From Geosiphon pyriformis uo1 (Eukaryota; Fungi; Glomeromycota): 26,647 bases of DNA. Under the pieces are notes generated by a model that had not been told where the DNA came from, did not search any database, and saw only the letters and a list, made by a program, of their open reading frames with translations. Below, piece by piece: positions 11,750 through 21,351 of this stretch (the first letter of the stretch is position 1; every line of letters begins with the position of its first letter). The stretch covers positions 38,926 to 65,572 of the forward strand of contig JAAOMT010000451.1 of assembly GCA_016748015.1 (NCBI GenBank). Direction: 5' to 3'. The position numbers and the translations under genes were made by a program.

Positions 11750-12489
11750 TGTTACCAGACAAAATTAAAGATATTATTTAGCATGAAATTATCTTATAAT
11801 TTTTATCATTAATTAGCATATATTATCATTTCAAATGATCACTTATTACATTAGCAAAAATGTCCGAAATTATCATTTAATTAATAACCCAAATTGTACA
11901 CAACACAAATGTAACCTAATTGCGATGATCAATCATGCAATACCCCGAACTATGTAACATTCAGAAGTTCGCCGAAATTTGTAGAAATTTGCCAAAATAA
12001 TTGATAGTTCACCAAAATATCTAATAGTTCGCCGAAATAACTTGTAATTTGCCGAAATGTATCTTTAGTTCAGTGAAATTTNNNNNNNNNNNNNNNNNNN
12101 NATCTGGCACGGAATTGGCCATTCCACTCATAAGCCCAGCAAGTTCAAATTATAGGAGATAATTTGAAGATNNNNNNNNNNNNNNNNNNNNNNNNNNNNN
12201 NNNNNNNNNNNNNNNNNNNNNNNNNNNNNNNNNNNNNNNNNNNNNNNNNNNNNNNNNNNNNNNNNNNNNNNNNNNNNNNNNNNNNNNNNNNNNNNNNNNN
12301 NNNNNNNNNNNNNNNNNNNNNNNNNNNNNNNNNNNNNNNNNNNNNNNNNNNNNNNNNNNNNNNNNNNNNNNNNNNNNNNNNNNNNNNNNNNNNNNNNNNN
12401 NNNNNNNNNNNNNNNNNNNNNNNNNNNNNNNNNNNNNNNNNNNNNNNNNNNNNNNNNNNNNNNNNNNNNNNNNNNNNNNNNNNNNNNCA
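11750..12489 (+). repeat. 5' LTR of Gypsy B (partly unassembled; N gaps 12082-12101 and 12172-12487)
   Basis: 11750-12081 matches 20369-20700, 12102-12171 matches about 21176-21245, and the terminal CA is at 12488-12489. Confidence 0.9.
11968..12077 (+). repeat. U3 array of six palindromic TTCGCCGAA-type motifs with 20-bp period (B 5' LTR; also 20587-20696 and, inverted, 21722-21831)
   Basis: Motif starts at 11968, 11988, 12008, 12028, 12048 and 12069. Confidence 0.85.
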
Positions 12490-12491
12490 TT

Positions 12492-12509
12492 TGGTGCTCT
12501 CCCACAGAA
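12492..12509 (+). promoter_or_regulatory. 18-nt primer-binding site of Gypsy B
   Basis: TGGTGCTCTCCCACAGAA, complementary to a tRNA 3' end UUCUGUGGGAGAGCACCA; 2 nt after the LTR end. Confidence 0.92.
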
Positions 12510-12534
12510 ACAACACAGCAAAAACAACTTCAAA

Positions 12535-15500
12535 GTGGCGACCACACCAGACACAACAACTCTAGAGTATTACCAATCAATTTACACCCACTGCAAGCAA
12601 AGATTCAACATTCCAGACGGAATTGAAATTGTCAAAAAATCAGTATACCAATACATTGAAAACCGCATCAACAATTATCTTTTTGGAAATTACAATATCT
12701 CAGAAGTTAGAAGCAATCTTTACAATAATTTAGCACACTATTTACAGTTGGGAACTGAAGACCTTAATAGTAAAACACTTGCCACTTACTTTCACGAACT
12801 TAATTATAACATTATCAAATACTGTGAAGAAACATATCCAGTGCAGTCTCAATACACTATTGATTTTGAATCGGAAACAGAAACAAGCAACAAAGGCAAA
12901 AACAAATTAAAGCAATATTCAAGAACCACCCCAAATACTCCAACACTACCGAAAACAACTACTAAACATTTACAAACACCTAAACAAGGAACCAGTTCAA
13001 AACTTCCACTTACTATCACACCTTTTCCAGCCTCACTTGTACAAGCACAAACACCTAATTCACCCTTGAATTGATTTGCAAGACCAGAAGATTTTACATT
13101 ACTCAGAAGTCTCACCAGACAACAAGAACCCCTTCAAACTAGTTCCAATCTCCTTGATTTTCTAGCTGAAAATCAAAGTGAACACTCTGAGACAGCAGCA
13201 AACAAAGAAAACAACTCTGAAATAACCGAAAAAGAATCAATAGACAGTGAAAATGAAGAAAACGAAATGACAACATACATCGCAAAAATCCCTGAATTCA
13301 ATGGAGAAGATATTGAGACCAGTCCTCAAGAATGGCTCGACCAAATTACTAAAGCTGGAGATGCAAATGGATGGAACACTGCCCGAATGTTAAGAACAAT
13401 TCCCTACTTTCTCAAAGAAACAGCAGAAGAATGTTTTGAAAACCTTGTCATTCTATTCAATGATTGGAATGCTTTCAAAGCAGCCTTCTTTGAACAGTTC
13501 ACTGACAATAATACCTCTATCACTCTTCGCAATTGTTTTCAAAATATCAAACAAGAACCCTCCGAATCCATTATAACTTATATTGGGAAATTCAACAAAC
13601 TTCTCAGATGGATTCGCCAATTCAAGACAAACAATTATTATTCCGATGCTCAAATCTTAGATCAATTTATTGCTGGTCTAAAAGATAAACTAATTAAAAA
13701 GGTTTGCCCACACACACCAGAAGATTTAAACTCTGCCATCCAGCATGCAAAAAGATATGAAATGGCTATGGAAGAGGCCAATCGTACAAAACTTGTAAAT
13801 TTGGCAATTAGAGAAACCAGCTCAGCAGCTGAGGAAAAAATTAACTAACTCACAAAGAAGGTCAAAAACTATTTTACCAACCAACAACAACAACAACCCC
13901 AAAGATATCAACCACCCCAAAGACGAAATCAAAATAACTTTGCACCACTTTCAAATAACCAGCCCCAGAATTGCCATTACTGTGGAATCTCTGACCACTG
14001 GAAAAGAGATTGCAGAAAGCTACAGCAAGACCAACAAAACAGGAGTAATCAACGTTACTCTCCACCACAGCAATTTTATTATCAACCATCACCACCAGCT
14101 TACTATCCACCAAGATCTCAGTACCAAAATAACTATTATCAGCCCGCCTCACAACCAATCCAACAGCAATACCAACAACCACCCACACAACATTATTAAG
14201 TACCTGTTCGAAGACTAATTACACAAAATCAATTCACACCACAAAACCAATACCAAGTAAACAACAATAGAATCAGTCCGAACAACCAATTGGTTTCCCA
14301 AAATTCCATTCAACCAAGACCCAACCACTACCACACTCAATCCAGTTATTTAACAATGCCAGAAGAACAGAATTTTCACCATACTACACTTTCAGAAGGT
14401 AGAGCTGCAGCACAACAACAACAAAACTCTTCTCATAATCACACTACTATTCCACCAGTCCGAATTGCTGAAAATGCCAATCTCTCTGATATCTTTCCTT
14501 TTGAATTTGAAGCAAATGAATCACCATTCTTGCTTAGCAATGCAGCGGCTAATGAGCAAAAAGCCATCACTGCAATGTACACAGAAGCTGAAGTAGAAGG
14601 AAAACCAATTCGCTTGATCCTAGACAGTGGATCCGCCAGAAGCATTATTACCTACCAGTTAATGCAACAGTTGAAAAGAAATGTCAACCGACCAGCTCAA
14701 ACAGTAATTGTCACTGCTGATGGCATGAAAAAGACACCAGTAGAAGAAATTGATAATTTTCCGTTCACTCTTGATGGAATCACCATTCCAGTCAAAGTTC
14801 TTGTAATGGATGCACCCCAGTACCAAGCCCTCGTCAGAAATGATTGGCTTCAAAAAGCCAATGCTAATCTGAACTGGGAAACACAAGAGTTAACAATCTC
14901 CTACTAAGGACAACACGCCCGAGTACCTGCCATTTGTGGTACATTTAACAAACACTCTGAAAAAGCCCCGGCTTTTGAATTTGAACCAGAAGAAGAAAAA
15001 CCAATAATCGAAACATTCATGGCTCTTGGATCAACGTCCAACTGAACCGATGAAACAGAACAAGAACATTTTACCCCACACACTAAACCTGAAACTTCTG
15101 GATGGAATATATCTTACTTAAAACCCGAACCAAGGAAACAATGCCCCTATATTCCCCTTAAATGTAAGAACTGCCACAAGAAACTATTGTCAATGGGAGC
15201 CTGCATTTCACCTGAAGAAGAATATGAGAATCATACTTGTTATTACTGCAAGGCTTGCCACAGAGAGTGATGGGATCATCTAACAAAAAGAAGCGGAAAA
15301 TGGGACAACACCCCTTGTTTGACTTGTGGGGATATGCTACCAGAAGAATGCAATTGGATTGATGTAGCAATGAGAGGAGGCGTCTGCGATCAGACCTGCC
15401 AATATGCTTTATCAATTTCAGAAAAAGTAAAAAGAGGAACACCTTTTAATGCAGCATACAACAGTGCTCTCAACAAACTTTATCACTATCCTCATGATGC

Positions 15501-18156
15501 TGAGATGATTTTTGACTTAGCAATGGCATTAATTAATAAAGCTACCAAGGAAGATATTCGTCAAATGAAGGAAGCAAAATACATTGAATACACTATGGAA
15601 TTAGCTGGATTTGATTACAAAGATGAAGTAGAAGTCTACCACCAAATTGCAAGTCACACTTACCCAACCCAAGAAGCTCAAATTCAATGATTAGAGCAAA
15701 TGAACATTAGGCTATGTGAAGAATGTATTATGCCTTGCGATGAACAGTGGTGTCCTGAATGCTATGCTCTTAGTATTCCCTTGCCCAATGAAAATGATGA
15801 AAATGAAATTAAATTTGGAGAACCTGAAGAAATGGAAGAAATTGCAACAACACCTATTTATCTTATCAAAAATTAGCCTGTCTTACAACTTAAATACTTC
15901 AACAACAACGGACAAAAAATAAAACCTGAAAAAGCACATGAAATTGATGCTGGATACAACCTAAGATATCCAGACAAGGATACTCTTGTTCTCAAACCCA
16001 AATCTCTCACAAAAATCAATCTTAAAATTGCACTTGAAATCCCACCAGGAACAATGGTTCAAATCGCCTTCCGGTCCTCTCTGGCAAGCAAAGGAATCAA
16101 TGTCAGAGGGGGAATAATTGATGCTGGATATACTGGAGACATAACAGTGATGCTTCAAAATGAAACTAACAAACCATTCAAGATTAAACATGCTGAAAAA
16201 ATTGCCCAAGCTATTTACCTACCCTTAATCAACATTTTGAGTTTGCAACTAGTCAATCAAAGAGAACAATTAGGAAAAAGCGATAGAGGAACCCAAGGTT
16301 TTGGTTCAACTGGACGATTCACTGTTCCAGTTAATATAGCTCTTAACACACAGAACAAATTCCACCAGATTCTCAGACTTCTACAACCAATTACTATCTC
16401 ACCCTTTGGAGAACATCCAAAAATTTACATTTGCACAAAGCCAACAACTACACAACAAATTTTTGAGTCCAATGAACAAGTCTGCTTGAAACATAATATT
16501 TTGATCTCAAACATTTATATTCCAGAAGGAACAAAGAAAGTCCAAGTTACTTTTTACAACCCCAATAATTACCCCATAATTTTATTAAATAATTTAGAAA
16601 TTGGAGTTATTCACAGTAATATATTTCAACAAGAATTACCCCAAACAGTCCCCGATTTCCCTGAAATTATTGGACATTCACTACTGAAAATCAACCCAAA
16701 CCCTAGCTCTGAAAACTATCATGTTGTCATGGAAAAACTATCTCAAATCAACATGGGACAACTTGAACTACAACAATAAACCCAGCTTAAAGAACTAATT
16801 GCAGAATTTGCTGATATCTTCGCTGAAAACAACAATGACTTAGAAAGAACTGATTTGGTTTAACACCAAATCTATACAGGAGATGCCAAACCCAGGTGAC
16901 AACAAGCCTACCGAGTTGCTCCAGAAAGTCACCAATTTATCTGAGAAAAAGTACAACGGATGCTTAACAATGGGCTTATTCAACCATCAATGAGCCCATG
17001 GACCTCACCTGTGGTTCTAGTTAAAAAGAAAAATGGAAAGATACAATTTTGTGTTGATTACTGACAACTCAACAGTGTCACCATTGGGGATGCCTACCCT
17101 CTTCCCCGAATTGATGACATGTTGGATGCCCTTGGAAAGTCCAAATACTTTTCAACATTAGATTTAGAAAGTGGATACTGGCAAGTTGCTATGGATCTCA
17201 AAGACCACCCCAAAACAGCATTCACCACTCAAGGAGGAAATTACAAATTCAATGTAATGCCTTTCGGATTATGCAATGCACCAGTAACATTCCAAAGACT
17301 CATAGATGTTGTTTACAAAGGCCTCCTTTGGAAATCAGTAGTAGTTTATCTTGATGACACTGATGTTTATTCACCATCTTTCAAGCTACATTTAATTCAC
17401 CTGCAAGAAGTTTTTCAATGATTACGGAAAGCAGGATTGAAATTGAACATTGAAAAATGCTACTTCGGAAAGACAAATTTAGCTTTTCTTGGTCACATTG
17501 TTTGCAAAGATGGAATTAAACCAGACCCCGGAAAAATCAGTACTGTCAAAAACTTCAAGACTCCACAAAATACCACAGAATTAAGAGGATTTATTGGATT
17601 AGCATCCTATTACTGAAAATTCATCAAAGGATTCTCAGAAATTGCAAAACCCCTCAACCAGCTCACTACAAAAAATGTCGAATACAAATGGACAAAAGAA
17701 CACCAAAATGCCTTCGAGATACTCAAGGAAAAACTCACAACAGCCCCAATCCTTGCCTACCCAGACTTCAGCAACTGATTCCAGTTAGCAACTGACACTT
17801 TTTATACTGCCTTTGGTGCCATCCTATCACAGTTAGATGACAATAGAAATGAGCGAGTAATTGCTTATGCTAGTAGAACATTAAAGCCAGCCAAAAAAAA
17901 CTACCCCACAACAGAATTAGAAACTGCAGCAGTAATCTGGGCCCTACATCACTTCAACCTTTATCTCAGACCCAAAGAATTCGATATTATCATTGATAAT
18001 ATTGGACTTAAATGGCTTTAAAACAAAAACACCCAGCTGAATGCAAAACAAACCTGATGAACAGGATTTTTAGCTAATTACCAATACATCGTACACCACA
18101 AACCAGGAAAACTCCACACCAATGTTGATTGTCTCTCAAGAATGAGGCAAGATTAG
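12535..18156 (+). pseudogene. Single-frame Gag-PR-Zn modules-dUTPase-RT-RNase H polyprotein of Gypsy B (about 1870 codons; premature stops, no frameshifts)
   Basis: ORF pieces at 12535, 13267, 14290, 15319, 16054 and 17119 are all in frame +1. First ATG at 13267, CCHC knuckle 13972-14013, protease LILDSGS (D at 14623), RT YLDD at 17347-17358, RH LATD/ELET/IIIDN/NVDCLSR, terminal TAG 18154-18156. The true start is uncertain. Confidence 0.95.
15883..16314 (+). pseudogene. dUTPase domain within Gypsy B pol, between protease and RT
   Basis: All five trimeric dUTPase motifs: AGYNL (from AGYDL), RSSLA, GIIDAGYTG, KIAQAI, RGTQGFGSTG. Confidence 0.93.
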
Positions 18157-18205
18157 AAAACAAAACCAACACCCATTTGAATTAACAGCATCAAAACAAC
18201 AAACA

Positions 18206-19572
18206 ATAAACCCCGAAAACTACAACAATCTCAAACAATATTTGGAGACATTAACAATCCCAACAGATTGGTCCCCAGACGAAAAACATCGGTTACAACA
18301 ACAAGCCAAACAATATTTTCTACACAACAACATTATCTATCATCAAAATCTTAAAAACCCAACCAAACCACTCAAATTAATACAAGAACAGGAAAAAGAG
18401 ACCATTTTATACAATATGCACTCAGATTCTTCATTAGCACACTTTGGAAAAGATAGCACCACCCAAAGAACAATAGAATACTACTTTTGGCCTCGAATGA
18501 GAAAAAACATTCACGAATATGTCGAATCTTGTGATAGTTGTCAAAGAAGAGGAGGAACTTGCCCTACAGAACTTTTAAATCCAATCAAAGTTGGACAGTC
18601 TTTTGACAGAGTTGGTATCAATTTAGTCGGACCACTATCTATCACCACTCAAGGAAACCATTATATTGCAGTAGCTATAGACTATCTTACTAAATGGCCT
18701 AAAGCCAGAGCTATTCAACGAGCAGATGCAAAATCAGTAGCAAATTTCATCTACGAAGACATCATTTGTAGACATGAATGTCCAATTGAACTTTTATCTG
18801 ATCAGGGAACACACTTTGTGAACAACCTGATACAAAAAATTTGTGAACGATTTAATGTCAAAAGACCTCTGTCTTTGCCCTACCATCTACAAACAAATGG
18901 ACTTGTGGAATAGTTTAACAGAACATTGTGTGAGTCATTAGCCAAAGTCTCAACTGATTTTGAGCAAGAATGGGATCTCTTTATCCCATCAGTGTTACTA
19001 GCATATAGGACATTAAAACAAGATACCACAAAACACACACCATTTGATTTAACTTATGGAAGGACGGCAACATTACCAATTAGTTTCACAGTGGAAACAT
19101 ACCCAGCACAACTGATCAATAAAAACAATTTCCAAGAAACGCTTCAGCGAAGAGCCTACATTCTGCTTAGCACATTGGAAGGAAAACAACGAATAGCAGC
19201 CACCCATATTGAATACTTCCAAGCTCAACAAAAAGAACGGCATGATGACAAATTGCCTTCAGTCACCAATAAATTCAAAATTGGAAACAAAGTTCTCTTA
19301 CACAGAACTAAAGCTGAAAAACAATGGAGTGGAAAATTTGAAAATAAATGGGATAGACCATTCTTTATCCATGAAGTCCTAGGCAATGGATCATACAAGC
19401 TAAGACTTGATAACAAAATCTTAGCAAAAGTTGCACATGGAGATCGTTTGAAACACTATCATTCCAGAAACAATCCTGAACCATTAATTCCACAAATCGG
19501 TACACATTCCCCTTTGGTCAGTCCCGAAGACATTCCCCGAAACTTAGAACCAATAGTTGTCATTGAACAACC
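18206..19572 (+). pseudogene. Integrase ORF of Gypsy B (frame +2, separate from pol; 3' end lies in the N gap)
   Basis: Start ACAATA (ATG in copy A), HHCC (HSDSSLAH...CDSC), GINLVGPL (D>N), LSDQGTHF, NGLVE, GPF-like WDRPF. No chromodomain seen. Confidence 0.92.
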
Positions 19573-19620
19573 NNNNNNNNNNNNNNNNNNNNAAAAAAAA
19601 AAAAAAAAAAAAAAAAAAAC

Positions 19621-19653
<33 letters not shown>

Positions 19654-19680
19654 ATTTTCTTTTATTTCAAATTGCTTATA

Positions 19681-20400
19681 ATGACTATTTCTCAAAACAT
19701 TCAACAATTATTCCAAAAACTAATGTTAGCTTTAAAAACAATACCCGAATTATCTATTACTGTTACTGGAAACCACATTAATTATACCTAAACAGAAGTA
19801 GTTACAAATTTAGCCCCAAATTCATGAAAATATTACCCGTATAAAAAGAACACAAGAAGTTATACTGGAATTCATCTTCCAGAACTTTTAAAGCTTGCTT
19901 TAAGAGAAAACTTAATGCCCATTCCGATTAGTATTCCACCAAATGCTACAATTCAACAAAAACTTCAACTGTGTCTCAATGAGGAAAACACTGAATATCC
20001 TCCAATCTATAGATATTTTCACATAGAAAAAACACTCTACGAATGGAAACTGGAACTTACAACAGCAAACCTCACAAAAGAAGCTATTCAGAAACAACTC
20101 CACAACGAATTCAAAACAACAACTGGATCAACAAACAGTTGCTACAGGCTTAGAGCTGCCCTTAGACTTTATGACCTATTCCACACCTGTGAAAACGTAC
20201 TACAAAACCCAATTTTTCAACCTTTGAAGATTCAATACATTGGAAAGCTCACAGAACTGAAATTTCAACAATTTTCAGACCAAATTTTTTCAATAATTTT
20301 GGATTATTATCTGGAAATAACAGACAGTACTTGGACTTTGACGGAGCTCAGTCTTAAGGAGGAGGTTATGTTACCAGACGAAATTAGAGATATTATTTAG
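19681..20400 (+). pseudogene. ORF3 of Gypsy B, 239-codon unknown protein in the env position overlapping PPT and U3
   Basis: ATG 19681 is in frame with the 19915-20400 ORF. Two internal stops (TAA 19789, TGA 19825) are sense codons in A. Confidence 0.8.
20356..20365 (+). promoter_or_regulatory. Polypurine tract of Gypsy B
   Basis: AAGGAGGAGG followed by TTA and then the LTR TG. Confidence 0.75.
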
Positions 20401-21347
20401 CATGAAATTATCTTATAATTCCTATCATTAATTAGCATATATTATCATTTCAAATAATCACTTATTACATTAGCAAAAATGTCCAAAATTATTATTTAAT
20501 TAATAACCCAAATTGTACACAACACAAATGTAACCTAATTGTGATGATCAATCATGCAATACCCCGAACTATGTAACATTCAGAAGTTTGCCAAAATTTG
20601 TAGAAATTCACCAAAATAATTGATAGTTCACTAAAATATCTAATAGTTCATTGAAATAACTTGTAATTTGCCGAAATGTATCTTTAGTTCAGCCAAATTT
20701 TAGAAAATAGCAAAGTTCAAGTTCATAGAATAGTGTTATGACAAGTTGTATAAAAGAAGAGCTTCTCTCTTCGAGAAAATATATCTTACTTTAGATTTAT
20801 CTCTTAAAACCATTCCTATACACACAAAAAAAAATAAATATCAAATAATTCGAAAAACCAAATTCTTTAATTATTGTACTTGGAAAATCCCCAAAACCCA
20901 ACTAACATTTCGAAATTAATTAGCTACCAATTTCAGTAAACTGTTAGTGACTCCAGGCCTGGATAGAAAACGTTTCCCTCGACAAAATTCTATTTCTTTT
21001 ACATTTCTTTTATTTTCTTTTATTTTCTTATTGCAATCATTGGGGTAGCCTACAGATGAGATTCCTGTAGAAGAGTTGACTTTCACAGCAAAGTAACTAC
21101 ACATTTTTAGTGAGCTTCCAGATGAGCAATTCCTGGGAAAGAGTTGACATTTACTACAATGTAACTACATAAAGCAACTGGCATGGAATTGGCCATTCCA
21201 CTTATAAGCCCAGCAAGTTCAAATTATAGGAGATAATTTGAAGATAAATTCAGTTACTGGAGGTTCAACCACATCCAGAAAACAAGAATTCACAACAAAT
21301 AAGCATCAACAACATTTAAGAAAAGAGACCAAAAACCTCCGGTAACA
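20369..21347 (+). repeat. 3' LTR of Gypsy B (979 bp)
   Basis: TGTTACCAGACG...CCGGTAACA; matches the 5' LTR and the A LTRs. Confidence 0.96.
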
Positions 21348-21351
21348 ACAG
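21348..21351. repeat. Right TSD (ACAG) of Gypsy B
   Basis: Identical to 11746-11749. Confidence 0.92.

Larger units (their letters stand above)
11750..21347 (+). mobile_element. Ty3/Gypsy LTR retrotransposon copy B (full-length, same family as A, nested in A's 5' LTR in opposite orientation)
   Basis: Termini TGTTACCAGA...TCCGGTAACA (TGTTACC inverted repeat), perfect ACAG TSD, PBS, PPT and the complete domain set. Confidence 0.97.

Noticed and set aside
11968-12077. Repeat-spacer pattern as a CRISPR array
   Set aside because: Repeats of about 11 nt and spacers of about 9 nt are far too short, there are no cas genes, and it lies inside a eukaryotic LTR.
12128-12565. ORFs 12128-12505, 12145-12516, 12150-12554 and 12164-12565
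   Set aside because: Artefacts of translating through the N gap.
16897-16944. Two TGA stops shared by A and B as programmed readthrough
   Set aside because: They lie within the RT N-terminal region at positions best explained as CGA (Arg) CpG hotspots that decayed independently.
19573-19651. Poly(A) run and poly-Lys/poly-Phe ORFs as a retroposed tail or integrase C-terminus
   Set aside because: It abuts an assembly gap. Copy A shows IN ending IEQPLNSNT* followed by an A-rich spacer, so this is probably poorly assembled low-complexity sequence.
19681-20400. ORF3 as a true retroviral envelope
   Set aside because: Too short, with no visible signal peptide, furin site/fusion peptide or transmembrane anchor.
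21100-21347. Reading frame in the LTR continuing through the PBS into Gag
   Set aside because: It looks partly open in B, but A differs by two 1-nt indels in the LTR and a 13-nt indel after the PBS, so the frame is not conserved.
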